Assembly: GCA_964016885.1 (NCBI GenBank)
Contig: OZ024743.1
Coordinates: forward strand, 307,706,001 to 307,770,000
DNA length: 64,000 nucleotides
From: Eledone cirrhosa
Lineage: Eukaryota
Direction: 5' to 3'
Each line of letters starts with the position of its first letter. Position 1 is the stretch's first letter. Shown piece by piece: positions 42,091-52,989 of this stretch. The position numbers and the translations under genes were made by a program. Under the pieces are notes generated by a model that saw only the letters and a list, made by a program, of their open reading frames with translations, made no database searches and was not told where the DNA came from.

Positions 42091-42187
42091 TTGGATGTTG
42101 ATCTTCATGTTGGATCTTTGGATATTTTAATGGCTCCCCGTCAAGTCCATGTCCTCTTAGAGATTCTCTCTTGTTTCACATCATCAG
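42091..42187 (+). CDS. ATG2: ATG2 internal exon (LDVDLHVGSLDILMAPRQVHVLLEILSCFTSS)
   Basis: Acceptor ttttttcag, donor g|gtatgt, phase 0 to 1. Peptide resembles the ATG2 segment LDVDGQIDSIHLLLSPRQVHLLLDML as I recall it from human ATG2B. Confidence 0.88.
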
Positions 42188-42419
42188 GTATGTATCAGGT
42201 TGAATTGGTCTTCATAGATTGTGTCAGTACTGAAGCATGTCTACTGACCTCTCAGACAGGCCAGGAGCCTTAATTCTCACTTATGTAGTTCCACACTTTA
42301 TTGAGTGCATTTTATTGTGACACAAACACAAGGGAAGTTGTCATGTTTTAACATAACTAAAGGGGCCTCCCAATCTCTTGTTTGACAAACTTTCGATGGC
42401 TGGATGCCGTTCCTATTAA

Positions 42420-42700
42420 CAACCACTTTACAGTGTGTATTGGTTGCATTTATTGTGTAGATTACCACACTAGGAAGGTTTTCATGCCATTGACACAACT
42501 ATAGGGTCCTCTCAACCCTTTTGGCATGGTTTCTACAGCAGGGTAACCCTCTCTATCACCAACCACCTTATAGTGTGCATTGGTTGCATTTATTGTGTAG
42601 ATTACCACACTAGGAAGGTTTTCATGCCATTGATACAACTACAGGGTCCTCTCAACCCTTTTGGGATAGTTTCTATCACCCTCTCTATCACCCTCTCTAT
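42420..42700. repeat. Two-copy 140-bp tandem duplication within a SINE-like repeat
   Basis: attaccacactaggaaggttttcatgccattga occurs at 42461 and 42601. Confidence 0.85.
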
Positions 42701-43311
42701 CACCAACCTCTTTTTATAGTATACTGAGTACATTTTCCAGGCACCAACACTAGAGAGGTTGTCAGCTATTGTTCCAACTGAAGAACTCTTTCTGCTCTGC
42801 AGGGGTAGGAGGAAGGAAAAAGGAAATAAGCATGAAGTTATGTATGGTACGGTGTAATTTGACAGGGTGATAAGTTGTGGGGTAGGGGTGCCCTTTGATA
42901 GTGGTGGTAAGAATACCTAAGTGGTGATAGTGGTGGAGGCGTGGTCACTAGCATAGGGGTGCTGGGCAGTGTAGCGATAGAGAAAATGTTGTTTGTTTCC
43001 CTATATTACTGTAAAATCAGTGTTTGTTTTATGACTGGCTGCGATAACAAAATATGTCCTGCCACCCTTTTCTTCAGAAAATATATTTTATATTCTGCTC
43101 ACATGTATTGTGTGCTCATTCAATTAACATTTCCATACTTAATAGAAATTATAATGAACTCAGTGCTTCCTCTCCCACATGACCCAGCCATCTCATTCCA
43201 TTTCTCTTCACAACATTCATCACTGACTCTATTCCCATCATCCTCTGCAATTCATTATTTTCAATATTTTAACTTCAATGTCAATTGTACCTTGATGTTT
43301 CTACCCTATAG

Positions 43312-43491
43312 CTTCCTCAGAATATAGTCCCAGTCGTCTAGCTGCTACTATAAATAAACCAATGAAACAAACAGATTATTTACGTGTTGAACATCAGCTC
43401 CAGAACCATTTACTTTCTAATCGACTGATGCCTCATCTGATCAATATGCCAGATCCTCCTGAAGAAGTACTCATAGGCTCCCATGGACCAG
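43312..43491 (+). CDS. ATG2: ATG2 internal exon (ASSEYSPSRLAATINKPMKQTDYLRVEHQLQ...GSHGP)
   Basis: Acceptor ctatag (alternative in-frame cag ending 43320), donor cag|gtaaat, phase 1 to 1. NKPMKQTDYLRVEHQL resembles ATG2 NRPMQQEDEYRIQMEL. Confidence 0.85.
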
Positions 43492-43664
43492 GTAAATCTA
43501 TTTCCTTTGCAATTTCAGTTAGGAAAAGGTACATAGCTTGGAGGTTTGAGAATTGGATTCACAATTATGAAGTTACGAATTTGATTCCTCAACCAGGCGA
43601 TGTGTTATATTCTTGAGCAAGACGCTTTATTTCACATTGCACTTTCTGCCAGGAATTGCAACTG

Positions 43665-43862
43665 ATAGTTAGTACTAGCAATGGAAAGACCAATGGAGAC
43701 ATTGTTACCTTGGTACTGACAGATAGTATCAAAAATAGAAAGACTAATGGAAACATTATTTCTTTGGTCTGACGAATGACAAGTTCCTTTTTTCTGCCAG
43801 TAGTTGTAAATGGTAGATAGTATCAGCAATGGAAAGACAAATGGAAACACTGTTTCCTTGGT
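43665..43862. repeat. Three diverged copies of a ~50-bp motif
   Basis: tagta..agcaatggaaagac.aatggaaacat...ttggt near 43670, 43725 and 43820. Confidence 0.65.
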
Positions 43863-44055
43863 CCTGTTTGATAAGTTTCAACCTACTTGGTAAGCTAATG
43901 ACATTTGGGATCTTGTCAATCGATAAAAAGAAAAAAATAATTCTTTAATAATACATTTTTTGTTGTAAGTACTCAGACAACACACACACACACACACACA
44001 CGCACTTGTGTGTGTGTGCATATATATATATATTTATATATACACATATATACTG

Positions 44056-44925
44056 GCTGTTATTCAATGGGCGGAAAAGAACAATATGCTGCTGAACGAG
44101 GATAAATTTGAGTTAATCCACTTTGGCAAAAAAGGATACCCTGCAAATCCCATACTCAGTTCCTTCAGGTGAAACTCTCGTGGCATCCAACAACATCTGA
44201 GACTTGGGAGTAATTGTGGACAACAACATAAACTGTGCCACTCATATAAACAGCAAAGTTGACATGGCCTGCAGAATGTGTTCCTGGATTCTCAGAACCT
44301 TCCAGTCGAGAGATATCCACACTATCATCCTTCTCTTCTTCACTTTTGACCGACCCCACCTTGAATACTGTTGTCCACTGTGGTCTCCCCACATAAAACA
44401 TATCATAAAAGTATCATAAAACAAAGATAGATGGCATGACAGGCCTTGACTATTGGGGTCAACTAGAAATACTCCAACTTTATACTCTCCAACATCGCTG
44501 CGAGTGCTACATCATCTGCATGATGTGGAAGATATTCCATCAGCATTGCCCAAATGATGTTGGCATCACCTTTAAGGTACACCCAAGGCTTGGGCCTCAT
44601 GCTATCTGCCCACAACAAAAATCACACTCACATCTCATAACAATATGGCACAATCATCTCACCTGAATTGGCCCCGCTCTCTTTAACATTACACCAAAAC
44701 ACATTCAAACAGAAACAGACCCCATAAAGTTCAAGAAGTCTTTGGACAAATTCCTTCAAGAAATCCTGGATAAACCTCCTACACCCGGATATGCCTCTGT
44801 AAATAAAAACTCTCTACTCGAGTGGGCCATGGTGTCCAAATCCTGATGTGAAAGACTTCGCCAGGTGGTGCTATTAAGTTAGACATGGCCTGGGCTAATA
44901 CTGGCTGAAACTTATCAAAGTATAA
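44056..44925 (+). mobile_element. CR1/L2-clade LINE, 5'-truncated decayed RT C-terminus
   Basis: WAEKNNMLLNEDKFELIHFG, DLGVIVDNN and RPHLEYCCPLWSPH motifs, with frameshifts. Confidence 0.85.
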
Positions 44926-44949
44926 GTTATATATATGTATGTAAATCCC

Positions 44950-45141
44950 AGTAGAAGAAAGACACAGTCGCGGAAGACCACGAAAAAGATGGGCGGAGGT
45001 GGTGAGAGCAGACCTCAGATCGCTGAAGCTCACGGAGGAGATGACAAAGGACCATGATGAATGGAAAGATGCCATGCTTAATAGGACCCGTCCCACCCTT
45101 GCAGGCAGGGAAAAGCGGACGTAAAATGATGATGATGATGA
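44950..45141 (+). mobile_element. RTE-clade LINE 3' end
   Basis: RGRPRKRWAEVVRADLRSLKLTEEMTKDHDEWKDA... followed by a (gat)n tail. Confidence 0.8.
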
Positions 45142-45462
45142 TATGTATGTATATATATATATAGATATATGTATGTGTCATCATCATCATCATCATCACC
45201 GTTTTACCCATTATTCCACACTAGCATGGGTTAGACGGGTTGTCTTGTGGGCAATGTCAGGTCAGGTGACCATGTCTTGCTCAGACAGAACTAATTTTGG
45301 CTTGATTTCTACAGCTGAATGCCCTTCCTAACACCAACCTCATTTACAGTGAGTATTGGGGGCTTTTTTTACCGTGGCGCCTACCCGACTACAACAGGAC
45401 AACCTGTCTAACTCATGGTAGCATGGAAGAATGGACATAAAACGCTGATGATGTTTATATAA

Positions 45463-45463
<1 letters not shown>

Positions 45464-45514
<51 letters not shown>
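45464..45514. repeat. (TA)n microsatellite
   Basis: About 25 TA units seen directly. Confidence 0.95.
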
Positions 45515-45519
<5 letters not shown>

Positions 45520-45586
45520 CATTAAAAATTAATCTAAGTTTTTCATTCTCCTGCTGCTAATCTAATTTACATTTGTTGTTTTTCAG

Positions 45587-45709
45587 ATGATTTTGTTTCT
45601 GGGGATGAGATGTATTATTCTTTGAAATCCAGTAATAAGAATGTCACACTCGGCTCTGACCTGGAATCTTCAGTTAGCAGCAACACCAGTGAAAAGTCCA
45701 CATCTACAG
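45587..45709 (+). CDS. ATG2: ATG2 internal exon (DDFVSGDEMYYSLKSSNKNVTLGSDLESSVSSNTSEKSTST)
   Basis: Acceptor gtttttcag, donor cag|gttagt, phase 1 to 1, open frame joining the neighbours. DEMYYSL and DLESSVSS resemble ATG2 EEVFFSM and DLELSLTS. Confidence 0.8.
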
Positions 45710-46200
45710 GTTAGTTATGTCTATGATGTTGCTGTTGCTATTGTTGTTACCCTTGACTCTTCAGTTAGCAGCAACACCTGTGAAAAGTCCACATCTACAG
45801 GTTAGTTATGTCTATGATGTTGCTGTTGCTATTGTTGTTACCCTTGACTCTTCAGTTAGCAGCAACACCTGTGAAAAGTCCACATCTACAGGTTAGTTAT
45901 GTCTATGATGTTGCTGTTGCTATTGTTGTTACCCTTGACTCTTCAGTTAGCAGCAACACCTGTGAAAAGTCCACATCTACAGGTTAGTTATGTCTATGAT
46001 GTTGCTGTTGCTATTGTTGTTACCCTTGACTCTTCAGTTAGCAGCAACACCTGTGAAAAGTTCACATCTACAAGTTAGTTATGTCTATGATGTTGCTATT
46101 GTTATTACCCTTGACTCTGACATGTCTTCAGTTAGCAGCAATACCAGTGAAAAGTCCACATCTACAGCTTAGCAATGTGTCTATGATGTTGTTATTGTTG
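45667..46200 (+). repeat. 91-bp tandem repeat (6 copies) spanning the ATG2 exon 3' end and splice donor
   Basis: tcttcagttagcagc starts at 45667, 45758, 45849, 45940, 46031 and 46125. Confidence 0.95.
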
Positions 46201-46829
46201 GATCGCTATCAGTTCCGATAGCAAGTGCCCTAGTTTTTTTACCAATGGAACGATCTGCTTGTGAAATTAGCATGCATGTGGTTGAACTTTCCACAGACAC
46301 ATGTACTGTTAATGTCTGATAATTTTCAGGGAGATTCAGTATGAATGTGTTTGGCAAGGCTGGCCCTTTGAGTTATATATATAACTAATTTTTTTCAGCC
46401 GAGTGAATAGAAAATTATCCCCAGTTTCCTTGGCGCTAAGTGACTGAGAGTACAAGATTCTCCCTGAACAAGTCGTTGGCCTGTCACAGATTTAACTCCC
46501 CAGCTACTGCCGGTACTCATCTCACTTTAGTGTACTGGAGCAATGTGAAATAAAGTGTTTTGCTCAAAATCGATACCGTTACGATCCTACATTAAGTATC
46601 CTAATCATTAGGCAGGAGTAAAGTAAAATAAACCATCTTACTCAAGGAATCAAACTCCCAACCTTATGATCATGAGTTAAACACTCTAACTACTAAGCCA
46701 CATACCTTCACATATTTTTATATTTTCTTGCTTGTTTAATCACATAGGCATTTTTTAGACAATCCATCACTTATCGTTTAATTTACAATGATCTATATTT
46801 GTGTTTGATAGCTTCTGCTATCTAGGTGA

Positions 46830-47360
46830 CCTAATTAGTAGCAGAGGAGGGTGCTCCAAGAGCATAATAGCTAGAATAAAGATAGGATGGAAAAAGTTTA
46901 GAGACGCTCACTGTTGACAACAAAAGATTTCTCCCTCTGTACAAAAGGATGTCTGTATGATGCCTGTGTGCAAAGTGCGATGCTGCATGGTAGTGAAGCT
47001 GGGACTGTGGAGGACGTGAGTAGACTGGAGAGAAATGAAGCAACCATGCTTTGTTGGATGTGTAATGTAAGTGAGAAAAAGGCAGAGAAGGTAAGTTTAA
47101 GAGGAATCCGAGGTGGTGTGCAAGAGAGAAGATTAGTATGTACATCTGATGAACATGGATGATGATCACTGGGAAGATAGCTTCAGTAGAGGTAGACTAA
47201 GAAAGACCTGGACAAAGGTAGTGAAAGCTGATCTCAAATTGCTGCAACTCACAGAGGAGTTGACAAAGGAATGTAATGAGTGGAAAGATGCTGTGCTGAA
47301 AAGGACCCATCCAACCCATGCAAGCATGGAAAAATGGACGTAAAAACACCAATGATGATG
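46830..47360 (+). mobile_element. RTE-clade LINE, decayed ORF 3' part
   Basis: KGCLYDACVQSAMLHGSE...RLERNEATMLCWMCNVS...GRLRKTWTKVVKADL...HPTHASMEKWT, followed by a gatgatg tail. Confidence 0.85.
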
Positions 47361-47849
47361 GTAATGATATTTGTTAGCGAATTGGCAAATCGAACATTGG
47401 ATTATAATGTTTTGTGTTATTTGTTCCAGTTCTCAGTGTTCTGAGTTCAAATCCTGCTGAACTCAACCTTAGGGCTAAATAAATAAAATATCAGTCACAG
47501 AGTAATGGATTGGCTGAATTATTAGACTGTTGGACATGCATCTCTTTCAACCCGTTGCATTCTGAGTTTGAAATTGTCACTGATGCTAAGTTGTATCTGC
47601 TTTTGATTTCCCCTAGGACAACGTTGTTGATATGGAGATGGGAGATTTGCATGTATAGGTCACTGCTAGTTTTACACACAATTGCCTTTATCCTGCATGT
47701 GCCTTAAAGAGGAACTTTCCAGTTATTAACTCCTGGTCTGTGATGACCGAAGGAGGTCTTTAAGATCTCTCTTGACTAAACATGATTGTTTTACAGAGGA
47801 ATCACTCAGATACAAAATCTAGTTTATTAAGGGCAGTTATTTCATTGAC

Positions 47850-48370
47850 TCTCAAAGGATTTAGATTAAACTTGACTATACCTCAAAACTAGAAAGAAGA
47901 TTAGATGTAGCCTACACTCGCATGCTAAGAGTGGCTTTGGGTGTCATTTGGAGAGATTGTTTGACCAATGAGCGACTGTATGGGAATTTTCGTCCAGTAT
48001 CAGACATCAGAGTTTAGAGTCAGATTCACAGGGCATTGCTCAAGAGCTAAAGACAAAATTGTTAGTTCTTTTGTAGGGGCCAACACAATGAAGAGCTATC
48101 AGAAGATGACAAACCAAGACCTATATTAAGTAGATTTGTGATGACATAAACTGCAATCCCTCTGTCATGCCAAATATGATGAACAATAGAATTACATGGT
48201 GAAAGCGAGTCAAGGGAATCTGTGCAAGCAGTGGGACATAGCAGATTTGAGATGACATAAACTGCAATGTCTCTGACCTGCCGAATATGATGAACAATAG
48301 AATTGGATGGCAACAGAGAGTCAAGGGAATCTATACAAGCAGTGCGACCTATTGTCTTATTGATTGATTA
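47850..48370 (+). mobile_element. RTE-like LINE 3' fragment (second family) with a 111-bp tandem duplication of its end
   Basis: LERRLDVAYTRMLRVALGVIWRDCLTNERLYG motif. atgacataaactgcaat occurs at 48141 and 48252. Ends in a (ttga)n tail. Confidence 0.7.
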
Positions 48371-48929
48371 GAGTGATTTAATTTTATTATTTAACCTTTT
48401 CTTTACCATATTCCTAATTGATGACATTTCCAACAATTTTCAGTTAATGCTAAAAATCAGGAATTTGGAAAGATTTGATAAAATAACCAACTTTCTTCTT
48501 AAGATTGTTTTTGGAAGATAATTTAACAAAGTTCCTTACATAAAATTATGATAGGTTTTTAGATAAATTTAAAACACTTTAAAATAAACAGGGTTGGTTT
48601 CAGATGGTTTAGTATAAAAAGAGTTGAATCATCTTGTTACTAAGCATAACTTATAAAATTCACTCACATGTATAATGTATATATTATTTATGTTTGAATT
48701 ACATATGGTATTATTTTAACATAATATATGTAAGTGTAATAATATTATGCAGGAAAGTTCAAATAATATAATTCATTATTTCAAGATAATTTCAATACAA
48801 TATATAATTTATTTGACTTAGAGTTTTATAATTTCATCATCACCACGACCATCACCACCAACACAGTTTTTCTCTTGGCTCATCCATATTTCATTGTTTC
48901 TAAATTATCAAATCTATTTTATATTACAG

Positions 48930-48983
48930 TTTCTAATACAAGCACTGGAAGACCTCGTTCAGGCTACAATCAGAATATGAAAG
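48930..48983 (+). CDS. ATG2: ATG2 small internal exon (VSNTSTGRPRSGYNQNMK)
   Basis: Acceptor tattacag, donor aag|gtaatt, 54 nt, phase 1 to 1, open frame. It is skippable in frame, so support comes from splice signals rather than homology. Confidence 0.65.
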
Positions 48984-49018
48984 GTAATTTAGATATGTGT
49001 AAAACAGTTACTTCTTTA

Positions 49019-50080
49019 AGAGAGTATTGAAGTTTGCTTGAAGTATTGTGGAATAATAGGTAAATATCTTTAAGTCGTTTGGAAGCCTTGACAATGCAAA
49101 TGGGTAAATCTCCGGGTAACAAGATCCGGTGGTGGAGAGAGAGATGTAAGTGGGTGTACGTTGAGATGCGTAGTGTGTATAAGGCGTGTAGAAGAATGAA
49201 GGAAAGAGTATAAAGGATAAAATAAAAATAAGAACACGATAGATTTAATTGTCCCTATATATTTCGGATTCACATCCATCAACTGGGGATTTTTTCCGGG
49301 GTGGGGGAAGGGGGAAGGGGAAAGAAACGTTGGCACGTTACGTATCAAGGAAGCGCTTTTTATCAAACGCCTTGCACCGCAAATAAACAATCGATCCGAG
49401 AGAAGCGAAATGAGGTGGCTGGTTTAAGTTAACAAACGATGCAGCAACACACGCACACGCACACACACACACACACACAAACGAGACAACTACACACGCA
49501 CACACACAGTAGCATTCCACCATACGAACATACTACACTGCCAATACAGAGGAACAAGGCAACAACACACACACACACACACACACACTCAAGCGAGACA
49601 ACACACGCACACACACACACACACACAGTAACATTTAACAAACAGGCAGAGAATGGACTGACAGCTAGCACCACCCACTCCCACATTCGGCCGCTGACCT
49701 CTGCCCGACCGACCCCATTTCACGCGCACGTGCGCTCTGCTGAATACCTCAGATATTCAAAACAACAAACAGCGGAGGACGCGTTTCGCACCTTTCCGAC
49801 AGACAACCTTTCCCCCACCCCGGAAAAAAACCCCAGTTGATGGATGTGAATCCGAAATATATAGGGACAATTAAATCTCTCCCAAGGTAACTCTCTCTCA
49901 TGTTGTTATTTTTATTTTATCCTTTATACTCTTTCCTTCATTCTTCTACACGTCTTATACACACCACGCATCTCAACGTACACCCACTTACATCTCTCTC
50001 TCCACCACCGGATCTTGTTACCCGGAGATTTACCCATTTGCATTGTCGAGGCTTCCAAACGACTTAAAGATATTTACCTA
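49019..50080 (+). mobile_element. Penelope-like retroelement, 5'-truncated, with inverted pseudo-LTR arm
   Basis: 49320-49427 reads ERNVGTLRIKEALFIKRLAPQINNRSE...stop, typical of a PLE GIY-YIG endonuclease C-terminus. About 250-bp inverted arms (49057-49309 vs 49810-50080). Flanking direct repeat gttacttcttta at 49007-49018 and 50081-50092. Confidence 0.8.
49831..49866 (+). ncRNA. Minimal hammerhead-ribozyme-like motif with non-canonical core (inverted copy at 49253-49288)
   Basis: ccc-CAGTTGA-t-ggat[gtga]atcc-GAAA-tatata-ggg has the stem I, stem II and palindromic stem III layout of PLE minimal hammerheads, but the core is CAGUUGA rather than CUGANGA. Confidence 0.4.
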
Positions 50081-50129
50081 GTTACTTCTTTATTTTATCA
50101 TCATCATCATATAATAATGAAAATATTGT

Positions 50130-50330
50130 GTACAGTGCTCAGGTGCACTACAACTCATCAAAAGTGTATGTATAGTACATAGGGTAATGTACAAACGTCA
50201 GGAAAATGAACAGAGCATGAGTCATGATATACACATGTGTACATGTGTATGGAAGGGGGACATCAGGTGTAGTTTTGGCGAATTCGGGAAGCATGAGGGT
50301 TTTAAAGTATGCAGTGTCTCGGCAGCTAGA
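50130..50330 (-). mobile_element. CR1-like LINE 3' end fragment
   Basis: catgatatacac...ggaagcatg...ttttaaagtatgcagtgtc resembles the 3' end of the element at 56560-57225. Confidence 0.6.
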
Positions 50331-50569
50331 TCATTTAACATTTTGCATGAGTTAGATAGGCTGTGACGTTATGAGTCTAGACATGTCAGTTGACCATATT
50401 TTTCTCATAAATCTGTTTTATGTCTCCTGCCCCTGAAGAACAACACATTATTAACTGTAGTTATAAAATTTGAATATATGATCTTGTGCAATATTAACAG
50501 GTGAAGAAAAATTATTTCATAAATAACCCTCCCAAAACCAACTCTGGTTCTATGAAACAAAATCACTCA

Positions 50570-50820
50570 TAGTTATGGTGTTGAACTTGTGATTATAATG
50601 TTGTGGGTTCGATTCCTGGACTGGGTTGTGTGTTGTGTTTTGAGCAAACCACTTCATTTCATATTGCTCCAGTATACTCAGCTGAAAATGTGTACCAGCA
50701 GTAGCTGGTGGTTTAACCCTGTGAAGGACTGGCATCTTGTACAGAAGAGAGTTTTGTACTCTCAGTTACTTAACACTGAGGAAACTGGGAAAAGCACCAG
50801 CCTAATGAGCCTCCGGTCTT
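50570..50820 (+). mobile_element. tRNA-derived SINE (second family)
   Basis: B-box-like gggttcgattcc followed by tgtgttttgagcaaaccacttcatttcatattgctccagt. Related copies near 43530-43650, 58200-58340 and inverted near 46500-46570 and 63630-63750. Confidence 0.6.
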
Positions 50821-51136
50821 AAAACAAACTTTAGACTTTTTATTTAAATTAAAATCTCTTGATATGATTTTACTTAAGAAATTTAAGTTAAGTTGCTATC
50901 TTAATAATGAAATAATAATTTTAGTAAATCCCTCAAAATTCTTCATTAATTAATTGAGGTAGAGTATGTTTTATTAGAACACCTTTATTCCCATGTCTTC
51001 CTTGGTTTTCCTCTTAACTAATAACTTTTCCTTCATGTAAATGTCTTCATGCTTTTGGGGTTGTTTTTTTTTGTTTTTAACATGTGCCATCATCATCATC
51101 TGAAGTTTTATCTATGTCTTTCTTCTTTTGTGTTAG

Positions 51137-51395
51137 ATCCAACACAGAAGCTTCTGGATGATCCTTCTGTCGAACTGTCCAAATTCCGCATCAAGCTGAG
51201 TTCTCTAACCATGACCATCCTACATGAAAACCCTGCTGTTAGCCCTGGTGCCACCAATGAACCAGTCAATAAATTTACAAGTCTTTCAACTAACTTCTTT
51301 GGCAAAATTCGGACGGTTCTTGGAGACACATTCCATAATAATATGAAAGAAATCCGCAGTAAAATCTCTATTGCTTGTCCATATGATCACCTGGG
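51137..51395 (+). CDS. ATG2: ATG2 internal exon (DPTQKLLDDPSVELSKFRIKLSSLTMTILHENP...ACPYDHLG)
   Basis: Acceptor tgtgttag, donor gg|gtaagt, phase 1 to 2. Resembles ATG2 FRLAVGTFSISVLHIDP...ACSHDHLR. Confidence 0.9.
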
Positions 51396-52000
51396 GTAAG
51401 TTACTACTACTATTTTTCATATAAGTTACTAGTACATAATCCTCTGTTACTATTATTGGTATATAAGTTACTAATACTGATATATAAGTTACTAGTACTG
51501 ATATATAAGGTACTAGTACTGATATATAAGTTTCTAGTACATAGCCCTCTGTTACTAGTACTAATATATAAGTTTCTAGTACATAGCCCTTTATTACTAG
51601 TACTGATATATAAGTTACTAGTACATAACACTTTGTTACCCTCTGTTACTATTACTGTTTATCATATAAGTTACTAGTACTGATATATAAGTTACTAGTA
51701 CATAACCCACTGTTGCTAGTACTGTTTATCATCTAAGTTACTAGTACATAACTCTATTACTAGTACTGTTTATCATATAAGTTACTAGTACTGATATATA
51801 AGTTATTAGTACATAACCCACTCTTGCTAGTACTGTTTATCATCTAAGTTACTAGTACATAACTCTATTACTAGTACTGTTTATCATATAAGTTACTAGT
51901 ACTGATATATAAGTTACTAGTACATAACCCACTCTTGCTAGTACTGTTTATCATCTAAGTTACTAGTACATAACTCTCTATTACTAGTACATAACCCATT
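51396..52000. repeat. AT-rich minisatellite (taagttactagtac core) with a 111-bp higher-order period
   Basis: atcatataagttactagtactgatatataag at 51661, 51772 and 51883. Starts at the exon donor gtaagttactac. Confidence 0.9.
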
Positions 52001-52204
52001 CTTTTATCTTTTGAACTTAATTATCTGTATCGTCATCATCATCACCCTTTTACATCTATTTTCCATGCTTGCATGGGTTAGATGGGTTGTTACATTCTTA
52101 GACTAGACAAGCCAGATAACTGTCTCATTCATATGGGCCAGCCTAGCATGGTTTCTATGGCTGGATGCCCTTCTTAATGCCAACCACTTCACTGTGTGTA
52201 CTGG

Positions 52205-52580
52205 GTGCATTATCACCTGACAAGGTGGATTAAGTACATTTTATAGTGCCACCACCACCTTCCACGGTGGACTACTTACATTTTAGTGTGGCACCACCTG
52301 ACAAGGTGGACTGAGTACATTTCATTGTGCCACTACCACCACCATCATCTGACAAGGTAGACTGAGTACATTTTATTGGCACCACCATCACCTGACAAGG
52401 CAGACTGAGTACATTTTATTGTGGCACCACCACCACCACCTGACAGGTTGGACTGAGTACATTTTATTGTGGCACCACCACCACCTGACAAGTTGGACTG
52501 AGTACATTTTATTGTGGCACTACCACCACCTGACAAGGTGGATTGAGTACATTTTATGGTGCTGCCACCACCACCACTAC
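52205..52580. repeat. ~45-50-bp minisatellite inside a SINE-like element
   Basis: About 8 copies of cacctgacaaggtggactgagtacattttattgtggcaccaccac. Confidence 0.85.
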
Positions 52581-52989
52581 TTTGTATTTTATCGACCGCC
52601 AAAAGAATGAAAGACAAAGTTGACCTAAGCAGGATTTGAAGATAGACTACAGAGAAAGTTGGAACAAGTACTGATTTATTTAATCTGACAAAAAAAAAAA
52701 AAAAAAATCCACAAAGTCCACCAAGTAGGGTGATCTCTGGTATTACAATAATGAAGCACCCAGTTGATCTTACCTGTTTGGCAGTTGTGTTGGTGACATG
52801 AAAAAAAGCACCTTGTCTGCCCTGTAAAGTGGTCGTGCTGGTGACACAACGAAAAAGCACCCAGTCCATCTTATTAGATGGTCATTTTGGTGCCATGATA
52901 AAAACCACCCAGTCCACATTGTAACATGATTGGCATTAGGAAGGGCATCCAGCTGTAAAAAGCAAGCCGAAACACAAATCTGTTTGAGC

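Noticed and set aside
45990-46172. 60-aa ORF resembling a signal peptide (MSMMLLLLLLLPL...)
   Set aside because: It is the translation of the (ttg/ctg)-rich part of the 91-bp repeat.
49775-49810. Minus-strand cgaaacgcgtc resembling a hammerhead 3' half
   Set aside because: No CUGANGA-like core or convincing stem II lies upstream of it.
49429-49840. His/Thr-rich and Cys/Val-rich ORFs
   Set aside because: They are (CA)n microsatellite translations inside the Penelope-like element.
49057-50080. DNA transposon or MITE with long TIRs
   Set aside because: The GIY-YIG-type peptide, asymmetric tail and offset direct repeat fit a Penelope-like retroelement better.
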